This document shows, piece by piece, positions 10,131 through 20,569 of a stretch of DNA of 64,000 nt. Origin of the DNA: an uncultured delta proteobacterium (GTDB lineage Bacteria > Desulfobacterota > Desulfobacteria > Desulfobacterales > B30-G6); contig CAWGLD010000007.1 in assembly GCA_963823335.1 (NCBI GenBank), forward strand, positions 32,001 through 96,000, given 5' to 3'. Under the pieces are notes generated by a model, which saw only the letters and a program-made list of their open reading frames with translations, ran no database searches and was not told where the DNA came from. A program made the position numbers and the translations under genes. Position 1 is the stretch's first letter; each line of letters begins with the position of its first letter.

Positions 10131-11192
10131 ATCGGATCGGTACAACCTTTCCGGGTTCGCCACCAGCGGCAGAGATTTTCGATCAGCATAATTCCGCGCA
10201 GATTCTACCCCCCCGGCCATGACGGGACAGGCCACCCAGTGGTCCGGATCGACTTCCATCAATTCCGGAACGGCCTTTGAACACTGGGCCACGGCAAAAT
10301 TGCATCGCGGGTGGAAGCGGCACCCGGATGGAGGATCGATGGCACTGGGAATTTCGCCCTGGGGAATTGCGTGCTTCCTTTTGAATTTCGGATCCGGAAC
10401 AGGAACGGCGGCCAACAGCGAAACCGTGTAGGGGTGAACCGGGTGCTTGAACACGGATTCCAGGGGACCGATTTCCATAATCTTTCCCAGATACATGATG
10501 GCAATCCTGTCACAGATGTACTTGCAGGTAGCCAGGTCATGGGTGATAAAAAGATAGGTCAGATCAAACTCATCTTTCAATTTTACCATCAACTCGAGAA
10601 TCATGGCACTCACGGAAACATCGGCCATGGCGATGGGCTCGTCCGCGACCACAAAATCCGGATTGGTAATCAGAGCCCGGGCGATAACCACACGCTGACG
10701 CTGCCCACCTGAGAGCTGGTGCGGGTATTTGTCATACAGAAACGACGCCGGCGACATGCCTACCTTCTCCATTATTTCCAGGGTGTGCCCACGAACTTCC
10801 GAGGTTCGCTGGTTTGAATGGATGGCCAGCGGGTGCCCAATGGAGTCACCGATGCGCATCCGCGGGTTCAATGAAGCAAAGGGGTCCTGAAAGATGATCT
10901 GCATGTTTTCCCGCATCTTGCGCATTTCTTCGGGTGAGGACTCGAAAAGGGGTTGCCCCCGGTAGAGAATCTGACCCGCGGTTGGATCCAGCAGCCGCAA
11001 TGCGAGGCGCCCCGTCGTGGTCTTACCACAACCGCTTTCACCGGCCAGGCCCAGTACCTCGCCTTGGCGGATGAAAAAGGAAACATCATCCACGGCCCGT
11101 ACCACCCGCTTCTCCTTTGTAAACAGATAGGAGAACAGTCCTGTATCCAGAGGGAAGTACTTTTTTAAATTTTTAACATCCAGTAGTTTCAT
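10116..11192 (-). CDS. Oligopeptide/dipeptide ABC transporter ATP-binding subunit (OppF/DppF type)
   Basis: [17 protein letters not shown]-terminal [11 protein letters not shown]. Confidence 0.93.
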   Translation of the reverse strand: MKLLDVKNLKKYFPLDTGLFSYLFTKEKRVVRAVDDVSFFIRQGEVLGLAGESGCGKTTTGRLALRLLDPTAGQILYRGQPLFESSPEEMRKMRENMQIIFQDPFASLNPRMRIGDSIGHPLAIHSNQRTSEVRGHTLEIMEKVGMSPASFLYDKYPHQLSGGQRQRVVIARALITNPDFVVADEPIAMADVSVSAMILELMVKLKDEFDLTYLFITHDLATCKYICDRIAIMYLGKIMEIGPLESVFKHPVHPYTVSLLAAVPVPDPKFKRKHAIPQGEIPSAIDPPSGCRFHPRCNFAVAQCSKAVPELMEVDPDHWVACPVMAGGVESARNYADRKSLPLVANPERLYRSDEDFS

Positions 11193-11235
11193 GTTTTTTT
11201 TAGCCTATTGGCGATTTAGGCTGAAGACTATATCC

Positions 11236-11363
11236 TGTTTATTGTGTTCATTGTGTTCGTTGTGTTTATTGCGTTGCTCTCGGCAAAGGGTACACAGCTC
11301 TCAAACATGCCCCAGTTTCACCAACTCAATGAACCCAAGAAGCTCAACAAACTCAATGAACTT
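11236..11363. repeat. Inverted pair of degenerate 9-bp tandem arrays
   Basis: TGTTTATTG-TGTTCATTG-TGTTCGTTG-TGTTTATTG, then complementary CAACTCAAT-GAACCCAAG-AAGCTCAAC-AAACTCAAT-GAAC. Confidence 0.7.
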
Positions 11364-11379
11364 CTTTTCCTTTGGACCC

Positions 11380-12339
11380 TCAGGTATATAACCAGCAGGC
11401 AGCCCGATGCCCGGTCGTCTGTCCCAGTTCAGGGTTTTTGTTTTTACAGATCTCCATCACCTGGGGACACCGGGGATTGAACACACACCCTCGCGGCGGG
11501 TCCACAAGGTCCGGGGGGGAGCCGGGCATGGTTTTCAATTTCGGTTGTTCCAGTTGAATGTTGGGAATGGATGCCAGCAGCCCCTGGGTGTAGGGATGCA
11601 TGGGATTTGCAAAAACATCTTCGGATACCCCGGTTTCCGCAATCCGCCCCCCGTACATGACGGTGATGCGGTCCGCCATCTGCGCTACGATGCCCAGGTT
11701 GTGCGAAATCAGGAGAATAGTCAGGTTGAAATCCGCCCTCAGTTCATTCAAAAGATCGAGAAACTGGGCCTCCACGATAACATCCAGAGCCGTGGTGGGT
11801 TCATCGGCAATCAATAGATCAGGGTTCAGAATCAATCCCATACCGATCATGATGCGCTGACGCATGCCCCCCGACATCTGATGGGGATATTCAAAGAGAC
11901 GTTCCCGGGCAATGCCCAGTCTTTCCAGCATGGCCCCTGCTTTCTCCAAAGCCTGTTTTCTGGACACCCCGGTTTTATGGGTTTGTATGGTTTCCACAAA
12001 TTGATCCCCGATCCTGAACAGTGGATTCAGCGATGTCAACGGGTCCTGGAAAATCATGGCGATCCGCTTTCCGCGAAGCGATAGGACATCCTTTGCACTC
12101 ATTTTGAGGATATCCTGATTGTGATAGGTGATCCTGCCCGCTGTAATTCTTCCAGGGGGTCTGAGCATTCTGATAATGGAAAATCCCAGGGTTGATTTTC
12201 CACAACCGGATTCCCCGACCAGCCCCATCACTTCACCCTTTTTCAGATTGAGGCTTACATTCTCCACCGCACGTACCGTACCGATATGAATGGGAAACTG
12301 TACGTCCAGATTTTCGATTTCCAATATATGATCTTGCAA
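11380..12339 (-). CDS. Oligopeptide/dipeptide ABC transporter ATP-binding subunit (OppD/DppD type)
   Basis: GESGCGKS, MSGGMRQR, ADEPTTALDV, HPYTQGL. Confidence 0.93.
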   Translation of the reverse strand: MQDHILEIENLDVQFPIHIGTVRAVENVSLNLKKGEVMGLVGESGCGKSTLGFSIIRMLRPPGRITAGRITYHNQDILKMSAKDVLSLRGKRIAMIFQDPLTSLNPLFRIGDQFVETIQTHKTGVSRKQALEKAGAMLERLGIARERLFEYPHQMSGGMRQRIMIGMGLILNPDLLIADEPTTALDVIVEAQFLDLLNELRADFNLTILLISHNLGIVAQMADRITVMYGGRIAETGVSEDVFANPMHPYTQGLLASIPNIQLEQPKLKTMPGSPPDLVDPPRGCVFNPRCPQVMEICKNKNPELGQTTGHRAACWLYT

Positions 12340-12340
12340 A

Positions 12341-13225
12341 CTAACGCTCCAATAACCGGGGGTTTAAAATCTCCGCCAGCCCTTCTCCCAGCATGGTAAA
12401 TCCAAGGGCCAGGATTGAAATCATGGCCCCAGGAAAAGTTATCAGCCACCACTGACCCGAAGGCAGATATTTCTTACCCATGGCCAGATCCATTCCCCAG
12501 TCCACGATACTGGGTGGAAGACCCAGACCCAGATATGTCAGCGCCGCCTCGATCATGATCGCGTCACCTATATTCATGGTAAACACCACCACGGTTGTGG
12601 CAATCACGTTGGGAAAGATATACTTCCACAATATGGTCATTCCCGGCGCCCCGATAGCGCGTGCGGCCTCCACATACAACTCTTCCTTGATGCTGAGTGT
12701 CTGACCCCGCACCAGACGAAAATAGGTTGGAATATAAATAACCGACACGGCCAGAGTGATGCTGATAATTCCCGGTTCCAGCATGGCGGCAAACGCAATG
12801 GCCAGAATGAGCCCTGGAAAGGAATAGACTGAATCCATGACCAGGGATAGACTCTTGTCAAAAATACCGCCGGAATACCCGGAGATCAACCCCAGGCTGA
12901 TGCCAATGAGCGAGGAAATAATGGCCGCCAGAATGGCCACCCCCAGAATGGTTCGCGATCCAAACACAATACGCGAAAACACATCCCGCTGCAGATTGTC
13001 CGTACCGAACAAATGATCGATTCCGGGTGGTGCCAGTTGCGGTCCGGCTTCCTGATCGTGGGGATCGAAGGGCGCGATGCTTGAGGCAAACATGGCCATA
13101 AAAAGAACCGATGCAACGATAATGGCCCCTGCCACCAGAATCCACCACTCCGCACCATACTGCCTGCCCATACCGACAAAACGGGCCAAAAGCTTTCCCA
13201 CGCCTGCTGAGGGAGAGTATTTCAA
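12341..13225 (-). CDS. Peptide ABC transporter permease (DppC type)
   Basis: HLFGTDNLQRDVFSR, EAA loop YVEAARAIGA. Confidence 0.92.
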   Translation of the reverse strand: MKYSPSAGVGKLLARFVGMGRQYGAEWWILVAGAIIVASVLFMAMFASSIAPFDPHDQEAGPQLAPPGIDHLFGTDNLQRDVFSRIVFGSRTILGVAILAAIISSLIGISLGLISGYSGGIFDKSLSLVMDSVYSFPGLILAIAFAAMLEPGIISITLAVSVIYIPTYFRLVRGQTLSIKEELYVEAARAIGAPGMTILWKYIFPNVIATTVVVFTMNIGDAIMIEAALTYLGLGLPPSIVDWGMDLAMGKKYLPSGQWWLITFPGAMISILALGFTMLGEGLAEILNPRLLER

Positions 13226-13237
13226 TCAATTTCCTCC

Positions 13238-13266
13238 AAAATAAATTGGCGACGCCAATTTATTTT
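13238..13266. promoter_or_regulatory. Perfect palindrome between the two permease genes
   Basis: AAAATAAATTGGCG-A-CGCCAATTTATTTT (14-bp arms), immediately upstream of the GGAGG RBS of the dppC-type gene. Confidence 0.5.
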
Positions 13267-13394
13267 CTCGTAATAGCCTTTTAGCGGTTTAGGCTAAGGA
13301 CTGTAGGCTGTTAGCCGCTTACAGCTTATTGCTTTCAGCTGTCAGCTACCCTCCAACCCTAGTATCACCCTTGTACCACCCTCGAACCCTTTGT

Positions 13395-14411
13395 CTAGTA
13401 CCTCACCCGCGGATCTATCAGGGCATACACGATGTCCACCACCAGAGAAACCAGGGCTACAATCACCGCAAAAACAACGATCACCCCTTGAATGGTGGGG
13501 TAGTCCCGGAGATATATGCGCTCCAGCAGCAATCGTCCCATTCCGGGCCAGGAAAATGTTGTTTCCGTTAACACGGCACCTGCCATGAGAAGGGCTACCT
13601 GGAGACCCATCATGGTCAATATGGGAACAAAGGCGTTCAGCATGGCATGCTTGTATACAACCCGGCGATGCCGGATGCCCCTGGCCTCGGCCGCCAGTAT
13701 GTAATCCGATTTCAGCACATCGAGCATGTTGGCCCTGGTGAGCCGGATAAATATGCCTGACAGGGTCAAGCCCAGGGTAAAAGACGGCAGTATCAGATGG
13801 ATGAGAACATCTTTCAACGCCTCGAAATCTCTCACCAGAATAGTGTCCAGTATGTAGAAACCGGTTTTTTCGAACATGGACACGAACACCCGTGCACCGG
13901 TTCGGCCGGCCACCGGAAGCACATCCATCCAGACGCCGAAAATCATCTGTAGCATCAACCCCAGCCAATATACCGGGATACAGTATATGACGATGCCATA
14001 AAGTCGAATCGCATAATCCTGGGGAGATCTGCGTTTGTCGGCGGCATAGGCACCCAGTGTCACGCCCACCAGAAGTGTGATGAGCATGCCAAAAAAGGTG
14101 AGCTCCATGGTGGCCGGGATTTTCATCTTGATGGCATCCACGACACGCTCATTGAAAATCATAGAGTTGCCGAGATCAAAACGACAAATTTGCAACAGGT
14201 AGTCACCATATTGCACGATCAGTGGCCGGTTGAGCCCCAGCTCCTCTTTTTTCTGTTCGATGACGCTTTCAGGCGCATGGCCACCGAGCATGGAAGAGAC
14301 CGGGTCGCCGGGCATCACGCGAATCACCACAAAAACAATGCTCAAGAGGATAAAAAGCATGGGCAATGTCAGGAATGTCCGTGTAATGATGTATCGAATG
14401 AGATTTTTCAT
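13395..14411 (-). CDS. Peptide ABC transporter permease (DppB type)
   Basis: VMPGDP, LGLNRPLIVQY, DYILAAEARGI, TETTFSWPGMG, RDYPTIQG. Confidence 0.93.
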   Translation of the reverse strand: MKNLIRYIITRTFLTLPMLFILLSIVFVVIRVMPGDPVSSMLGGHAPESVIEQKKEELGLNRPLIVQYGDYLLQICRFDLGNSMIFNERVVDAIKMKIPATMELTFFGMLITLLVGVTLGAYAADKRRSPQDYAIRLYGIVIYCIPVYWLGLMLQMIFGVWMDVLPVAGRTGARVFVSMFEKTGFYILDTILVRDFEALKDVLIHLILPSFTLGLTLSGIFIRLTRANMLDVLKSDYILAAEARGIRHRRVVYKHAMLNAFVPILTMMGLQVALLMAGAVLTETTFSWPGMGRLLLERIYLRDYPTIQGVIVVFAVIVALVSLVVDIVYALIDPRVRY

Positions 14412-14430
14412 CTATTGCGGGTCTGTGACG

Positions 14431-14471
14431 AAAAAAGCATGATATCCGCACACCTGGTACGGATATCATGC
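14431..14471 (-). terminator. Rho-independent terminator/attenuator after the binding-protein gene
   Basis: 12-bp stem GCATGATATCCG/CGGATATCATGC followed by T6 on the minus strand. Confidence 0.7.
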
Positions 14472-14481
14472 CTAAAGACAC

Positions 14482-16038
14482 TTATTTTGTGCGTTTGATG
14501 GGTGAATACATAAACTGCAATGTGGGAGAAATCATAATGCCTTCGATGTTTTTCTGGGAGAACAGATAAAGTGTTCCCTGAAAAATCGGGGCTGTGGGGA
14601 CTTCGTCGGTCCACATCTGCTGAACTGTCTTGTAGATGGCGGCTCTTTTGTTCTCATCCGCGTTTTTCTGTCCTTCCACAAACAAATTGTCCCAGACCTC
14701 GCTGGAAAAATAGATGCCGTTGCCTTTGGACCCGGCTGTTCCGGCAAAAGCGGCGGTGTAGTTGTCCGGGTCGATATAGTCCGGGTACCAGCCCAGAAGA
14801 TAAACCGGCATCAACTGCTCTCTCCAGTTATTTTTGTAGGTAGCCCACTCGGCGGATTTTACCGTTACATCGATTACACCGGTGGCCTCCAGTTGCGTCT
14901 TGATGACGGCTGCCATGTCCACTTCCGTATCACCATAATGGCTGGGTGTGTACCAGAATTCAAAGGTCAGCTTGTTGCTGCTGTTGAATCCTCTTGAACC
15001 CAGCAGCTCCTTGGCTTTGGCGATGTTGCCGTCGCCCCAGGTCGTTTTGAAATTATCCATGTGAGTCCACATGCCCATGGGGACCATGGAGTAGAGGGGT
15101 TCATTCTGTCCCAGAAAAACTTTTTTGATGATTTCAGGACGATTGAGTGCCGCGGCAACCCCCTGTCTTACGATTTTATCGTCAAACGGCGGGGTGTTGT
15201 TCTGAAAACAGAGATACCGGATATAGGGCCCCTGGCCTACGATGGTGTTAATTTTTGGTGATTTTTGCAGATCATTGATATCCGATGGATTGAAGGATTT
15301 GAATGCAAAATCAAGTTCACCCTTTTCCAGGGCAAGACGCATGGTGGTTGCATCCGCAAAATAACGTATGACCACCCGGTCATTCTTGGGTTTATCCCCC
15401 GAGAAATAGGGGTTGACATCCAGGATGATCTCTTCGTCCCGCTTGAAGGCAACCGCCTGATACTCTCCGAGGCCCACCAGTTTACCCCCTTTGAGATCGC
15501 TGGGGTTTTTCACAACCTTGTCGGCCGGGTAGACATTGGGATTGACCGGATAATAAGGTACCGTTGCCACGAGAGAAGGAAAATAGGCCACAGGGTTTTT
15601 CAGAATAAATTTCACGTTGTACTTATCGACAATGTCTACTCTCTCGACAAAATCCGTGACCAGCCAGGAAGGATCCCCGGCAATCCGGATAACCCTGTCG
15701 ATAGACCACTTGACCGCGTGAGAGTCGAAAGGTGTTCCATCCGAAAACTTGACACCCTCTTTCAACTTGAATGTATACTCTTTCCCGTCACTGCTGATGG
15801 TGTAGGATTCCGCCAGCCCGGGAACCAGATTGGTCTTCCCGGCAGGATAGCTCATCAGTCCCTGGTAGATATTGTAAAAAATTTCCCAGGTGTGAAAATC
15901 ATATGCATTACAAGGATCCATGTCCGTAACCTTTTCGGTGGTACCGTAAACCAGCGCCTGGCCCTTGGCAAAGCAATTACCGGACAGCAAAAAAACGGCC
16001 ATTACCAACACACTGAAAACAACTAACGTTTTTTTCAT
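14482..16038 (-). CDS. ABC transporter substrate-binding protein, family 5
   Basis: Signal peptide MKKTLVVFS, PGLAESYTISSDGKEYTFKL, GWYPDYIDPDNY. Confidence 0.92.
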   Translation of the reverse strand: MKKTLVVFSVLVMAVFLLSGNCFAKGQALVYGTTEKVTDMDPCNAYDFHTWEIFYNIYQGLMSYPAGKTNLVPGLAESYTISSDGKEYTFKLKEGVKFSDGTPFDSHAVKWSIDRVIRIAGDPSWLVTDFVERVDIVDKYNVKFILKNPVAYFPSLVATVPYYPVNPNVYPADKVVKNPSDLKGGKLVGLGEYQAVAFKRDEEIILDVNPYFSGDKPKNDRVVIRYFADATTMRLALEKGELDFAFKSFNPSDINDLQKSPKINTIVGQGPYIRYLCFQNNTPPFDDKIVRQGVAAALNRPEIIKKVFLGQNEPLYSMVPMGMWTHMDNFKTTWGDGNIAKAKELLGSRGFNSSNKLTFEFWYTPSHYGDTEVDMAAVIKTQLEATGVIDVTVKSAEWATYKNNWREQLMPVYLLGWYPDYIDPDNYTAAFAGTAGSKGNGIYFSSEVWDNLFVEGQKNADENKRAAIYKTVQQMWTDEVPTAPIFQGTLYLFSQKNIEGIMISPTLQFMYSPIKRTK

Positions 16039-16265
16039 CCCTACCCCCTTCACATTAATCTGTTATGATGAAATACCCCGGTGCAGAAATCTTGCAGCCG
16101 CACCAAAACATTATAGTTGTAAATATAGAGTAGAAACAGGACGGGGTCAACAAAGAAGGTGTTGATTCGCAAGTTGAACCCATTATAACAAAAGCCTTAC
16201 ACGATTTTATTATCGTGCTTGTTTGATCTTATTTGCCGAAACAGTTTTGGAATGCTATCTTGACG

Positions 16266-16326
16266 CTCTGAGCCGCTACCCACGGAGCGGTTGGACCTTT
16301 CCGGGTCCTCCACCAGAGGTGTGGGT
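16266..16326. other. Candidate structured RNA (three-way junction plus pseudoknot)
   Basis: CTCTG/CAGAG encloses the CCGCT/AGCGG and GGACC/GGTCC hairpins; loop ACCCAC is complementary to GTGGGT at 16321-16326. Confidence 0.45.
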
Positions 16327-16362
16327 TTTAGATCAGAACAATAAAAATATTAGGACCGTATC

Positions 16363-17952
16363 ATGCCAAATAAATTGCCCAGTATCTTTAACGATGTCAT
16401 CGGGCCGGTCATGCGGGGCCCCTCCAGCTCCCATTGCGCTGCAGCCACAAGGATCGGGCTTCTCGCACGCTCCCTGATGAACAATACCATCGGATCGGTC
16501 CTGGTAGAATTTGACAGGGCCGGTTCGTTAGCAACCACCCACGCATCCCAGGGATCTGACATGGGTCTGTGCGGCGGTCTTCTGGGCCTTGAGCCTTCTG
16601 ATGAGCGGCTTGTTCACTATCGGGAAGAGATCCGCAAGGCCGGTATTCAGGTTCGGTTCAAAACCGGTTCATACGGGGACGTACATCCAAATACGTACAG
16701 ATTGCGTCTGAAAAACGCGACGGAGACCCATGATCTGGTGGCCTTGTCCACCGGTGGCGGCATGATCGAGGTCGTTGAAGTCGATGGTCATGCCGTGTCC
16801 ATGCTGGGCGATCTTTATGAAACCTTGGTATATTTTGAGAAAAAAGAAAATGTCATCGCCCAGAATATCGAGAAAATCCTGCATGACAAAGGTAACATCC
16901 AGGTTCTGAAAGAAAAGAACAAACCACAAAACTTCATTCGCATAAAAACCAGAGTCCCCCTGGAGGATCGTCAATTAGACGCCATTTCAGCAGAACAAGG
17001 GGCCATCAGTGTTAAATGTCTGCCACCGGTCCTGCCCGTTTTGACACCCCGGGAAATAAATGTGCCCTTTGAATCCTGTGAACAGATGCTGGCCTTCAAC
17101 CGGAACCGGCACCTGAACCTTGCAGAACTGGCCATTCTGTATGAAAGCGCCCGGGGAGGGATCGGCCGGGAAGAGATCTTCCACAAAATGATCGAAATTG
17201 TCAGGACCATGAAATCTTCCCTGGAAGTGGGACTGGCAGGAACCCGCCATAAAGACAGAATCCTGGGGTGCCAATCGGCTTTTTATCGTGAAAAACAACG
17301 ATCCGGACAACTGCTGGATCTAGGTATCTTGAACCGTATTATTCTTTATGTCACGGCCCTGATGGAAACCAAGAGCGCCATGGGTGTGATTGTTGCCGCA
17401 CCGACAGCAGGGTCCTGCGGTGGGTTGCCGGGTACGGTTCTGGGAACTGTGGACGCCATGGGACGCTCTGAAAACGAAACGGCCGAGGCTATGCTGGCCG
17501 CCGGTATGATCGGCATATTTATTTCGACTTTATCGACCTTTGCTGCGGAAGTGGCGGGCTGTCAGGCGGAGTGTGGTGCCGGATCCGGCATGGCTGCGGC
17601 CGCTATCGTGACCCTCGTGGGCGGAACCACGGAAAATGCCGTGGCAGCGGCTTCCATGGCATTGCAGAACAGTCTGGGTATGATCTGTGATCCCGTGGCC
17701 AGCAGGGTCGAAGTGCCCTGCCTGGGGAAAAATGTATTGGCGGCAAGCAATGCCGTATCCTGTGCAAACATGGCCCTCGCAGGTTACGACCCGGTTATTC
17801 CCCTGGATGAGGTTATTCACACCATGGATGCCGTGGGAAAACGTATCCCCTGCGAATTCCGGTGTACCGCCCTGGGCGGTCTTTCAGTGACCGAGACATC
17901 CAAACAAATTGAAAAAAAGCTGCTTAGAAACGATAGACCAAAAGACCGCTGA
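16363..17952 (+). CDS. sdaA: Fe-S L-serine dehydratase with beta and alpha chains fused
   Basis: IGPVMRGPSSSH and STGGG (beta chain); IVAAPTAGSCG, GCQAECG, LGMICDPV, VEVPC (alpha chain). Confidence 0.88.
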   Translation: MPNKLPSIFNDVIGPVMRGPSSSHCAAATRIGLLARSLMNNTIGSVLVEFDRAGSLATTHASQGSDMGLCGGLLGLEPSDERLVHYREEIRKAGIQVRFKTGSYGDVHPNTYRLRLKNATETHDLVALSTGGGMIEVVEVDGHAVSMLGDLYETLVYFEKKENVIAQNIEKILHDKGNIQVLKEKNKPQNFIRIKTRVPLEDRQLDAISAEQGAISVKCLPPVLPVLTPREINVPFESCEQMLAFNRNRHLNLAELAILYESARGGIGREEIFHKMIEIVRTMKSSLEVGLAGTRHKDRILGCQSAFYREKQRSGQLLDLGILNRIILYVTALMETKSAMGVIVAAPTAGSCGGLPGTVLGTVDAMGRSENETAEAMLAAGMIGIFISTLSTFAAEVAGCQAECGAGSGMAAAAIVTLVGGTTENAVAAASMALQNSLGMICDPVASRVEVPCLGKNVLAASNAVSCANMALAGYDPVIPLDEVIHTMDAVGKRIPCEFRCTALGGLSVTETSKQIEKKLLRNDRPKDR

Positions 17953-18415
17953 AAACCCCGCCACTGGGTGTCGGGAAATAAAGCACTTCTATAGATGTAT
18001 TCTTATATCCGAATTCTACCGTAGGCGCCACTGCCGGGGTAATCCCGGCAAGGTTGGGGAAACGATCACCGTAACCGTACACAAGACCGGCATACAGATT
18101 GCCCTGAAAAAAAAAATTGCTGTTGCGGGAATCGTGTATTTTTTTTGTCTGAAACCGTCTCCCCCCGAATAAAGATTGATCGTGATAGCTGTTGCTGAAC
18201 CCCAGTATGACCCAGTCGGAATAGGATAAGCCCAGCATTCCCGTATGTTCATTGGTATCACCGGACGGGTTGACGTGACGGGTGAACAGTCCCAATGTTA
18301 TGGCCCACTGCTGCGCCTGGTTTTCTTTTTCCTCTGTTTCCTCCGCCATTCCTGTCAACGGCATCAACAGAATAAGAATAGACAGCAGCAAACTACAAAA
18401 TACTTTTACAAACAT
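17924..18415 (-). CDS. Hypothetical secreted protein, likely a small outer-membrane beta-barrel
   Basis: Signal peptide, alternating aromatic/Gly strands (FSNSY, AGLVYGY), C-terminal LVYRF. Confidence 0.6.
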   Translation of the reverse strand: MFVKVFCSLLLSILILLMPLTGMAEETEEKENQAQQWAITLGLFTRHVNPSGDTNEHTGMLGLSYSDWVILGFSNSYHDQSLFGGRRFQTKKIHDSRNSNFFFQGNLYAGLVYGYGDRFPNLAGITPAVAPTVEFGYKNTSIEVLYFPTPSGGVFSGLLVYRF

Positions 18416-18712
18416 TCGAGTCCTTCTAAAATTGTTCTAAATGACAACGGTTTTTCGCTCCATCAAAGCACAAGCCGAAAATTGAGCTTTTAACCCATGA
18501 ATATGCATTGAGCAAGCCAAAAGATAAAACACGCTTTGGATTTGCAAACCAGATCTATCTTTTACATGTTGAGAAGACACCCGACATTGTGTTAAACAAA
18601 TATCGTTCCAATACTAACTGTTACTCTATAATTCCCTAGGAAAGACGCATCATATTCTCTCATAGGATGATGGATGGTATTTCGCACCTTATAACGAAAG
18701 TTGCATGGTCGC

Positions 18713-20560
18713 ATGAATTCTAATTGGCTAGATAAACTGGTATCACCGGAAGAGGTCCTGAGGCATATCAAACCTGGTATGACCATTTTTCTCGGAAGTG
18801 GTTTTGCTGAGCCTCGAACCCTTATGAAAAGTCTTATTGAGTCTGGACTCCCTGATACAAATGATTTGGAATTTATCCAACTGACAAGCTACAGTGACTT
18901 TTTATCACTGAACAATATGGACTATGGGAAATACCGGTTGAAAACATTTTTCTCCAGCTGGGTATCCAGCGAGGCCGTTATCAGCAACAGTGTCGATCTC
19001 ATTCCAGCCAGAATTTCCCAACTCCCTAAAATCATCAAGTCCAACCGGATTCCCATAGATGTCGCTTTTATCCAGATTACACCGCCGGATGAAGCAGGCT
19101 ATTGCAGCTTAGGGGTCGCCGTGGATATTGCCAGAGAGGCCATGGAAAAGGCCAAACTGGTAGTAGCAGAGGTCAATACCAAACTTCCCTTTACCTTCGG
19201 AGATACCATTGTATCCCTCGCCGATTTTGATCTTGTTGTAAAGTCAACTGAGCTGCCTACTTATTACAAACCCAAACCGGTCAGGCCTGTCATCGATCAA
19301 GTGGCAGCCAATATGGCCCAGCTGATAAAAGATGGGGACTGTATCAGCTTCCTGGTAGGGCCGCTCTTCGAAGCTCTCGGCCGTCACCTGGATAAAAAAC
19401 GACACTTGGGGATACACACCCCTTATTTTTCAGACGCATTGATGGCCCTGGTGAAAAACGGCATCGCAACCAACTACCGTAAACCCCAGTACCGGGGAAA
19501 ATCCGTTGCCTCCTATGCACTGGGAACACCGGCCTTGATGCAGTGGTTGGACCGCAATCCGCTTGTAGAATTCCAGAGTGTCGAGCAGGTGTTCGATCCC
19601 ATCCAGATCGGCCGCATCCCCAATTTTGTGGTTGTCAACGAAGCGAATAAAGTAGACCTGCTTGGACGAATCGCCTTTACCGTGGGCAAAAACGATATCA
19701 CTGCCGGACCCGGCAAAAGTGCTGACCTTTTTGCCGGAACCGAAATGTCCCCGGGTGGACGAAACATCATCGGTCTGCCCAGCAGGAATGCCATGGGGAA
19801 GCCCAATGTCGTGGTCATGCTCAAAAGTCTTCGTAATCAGTTTCACATGCGTGAATCCATCGACGCCGTTGTAACCGAATACGGCATTGCCAACCTGAAA
19901 TGGCGCACCATCAGAGAAAGAGCCCAGGCCTTGATCGACATCGCCCACCCGGATGACAGAAAAAAACTGATGGAAGATGCCAAGGCAAAAAGGATAATTT
20001 TCCTGGATCAGATTTTTCTCTCGGACAGCGCCCGACTGTATCCCAGCGAAGCTGTTAACGAACATGTGATGAAGAACGGGCTGCCGGTTCGGTTCCGACC
20101 TATCAAGCCGTCTGACGAAGAAGCCATGCGGCGCTTTTTCTACCGTTTTTCTAAGCAATCCATTTTCCGTCGATTCTTCTTTCCGGTTTCAACCATGCCC
20201 CATAATAAAATGCAGACCTACGTCAATGTCGACTACCGCAGCGAAATGTCCATAGTGGCCTTGATCCATGAGCCCGGGCAGGAAATCATTATCGCTGAAG
20301 CAAGATATGCCAAAGATGAGGAGAATGGTTTTGGTGATCTGGCCTTCTTTGTGGACGAAAAATATCAAGGACTGGGCATCGCGCCGTATCTCTATGACTT
20401 GCTGACTCGCCTAGCCAAGGATCGAGGACTGAGAGGGTTTACAGCTGAAGTGATGCAGGAGAACAAAGGTATGCTAACGGTCTTTGAAAAAAGTGGACTG
20501 CCAATGGAAGCTTTGTTAAAAAACGGTATTTACAAGCTGAGAATGCCTTTTGATGAATAA
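18713..20560 (+). CDS. Acetyl-CoA hydrolase/transferase-like domain fused to a C-terminal GNAT acetyltransferase
   Basis: IDVAFIQITPPDEAGYCSLGV, VVTEYGIA, RERAQALIDIAHPD; then FRPIKPSDE, VDEKYQGLGIA, ENKGML. Confidence 0.85.
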   Translation: MNSNWLDKLVSPEEVLRHIKPGMTIFLGSGFAEPRTLMKSLIESGLPDTNDLEFIQLTSYSDFLSLNNMDYGKYRLKTFFSSWVSSEAVISNSVDLIPARISQLPKIIKSNRIPIDVAFIQITPPDEAGYCSLGVAVDIAREAMEKAKLVVAEVNTKLPFTFGDTIVSLADFDLVVKSTELPTYYKPKPVRPVIDQVAANMAQLIKDGDCISFLVGPLFEALGRHLDKKRHLGIHTPYFSDALMALVKNGIATNYRKPQYRGKSVASYALGTPALMQWLDRNPLVEFQSVEQVFDPIQIGRIPNFVVVNEANKVDLLGRIAFTVGKNDITAGPGKSADLFAGTEMSPGGRNIIGLPSRNAMGKPNVVVMLKSLRNQFHMRESIDAVVTEYGIANLKWRTIRERAQALIDIAHPDDRKKLMEDAKAKRIIFLDQIFLSDSARLYPSEAVNEHVMKNGLPVRFRPIKPSDEEAMRRFFYRFSKQSIFRRFFFPVSTMPHNKMQTYVNVDYRSEMSIVALIHEPGQEIIIAEARYAKDEENGFGDLAFFVDEKYQGLGIAPYLYDLLTRLAKDRGLRGFTAEVMQENKGMLTVFEKSGLPMEALLKNGIYKLRMPFDE

Positions 20561-20569
20561 TCGGTGGAA

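Noticed and set aside
11236-11363. CRISPR array
   Set aside because: Units are 9 bp, degenerate and contiguous, with no spacers; no cas genes in the window.
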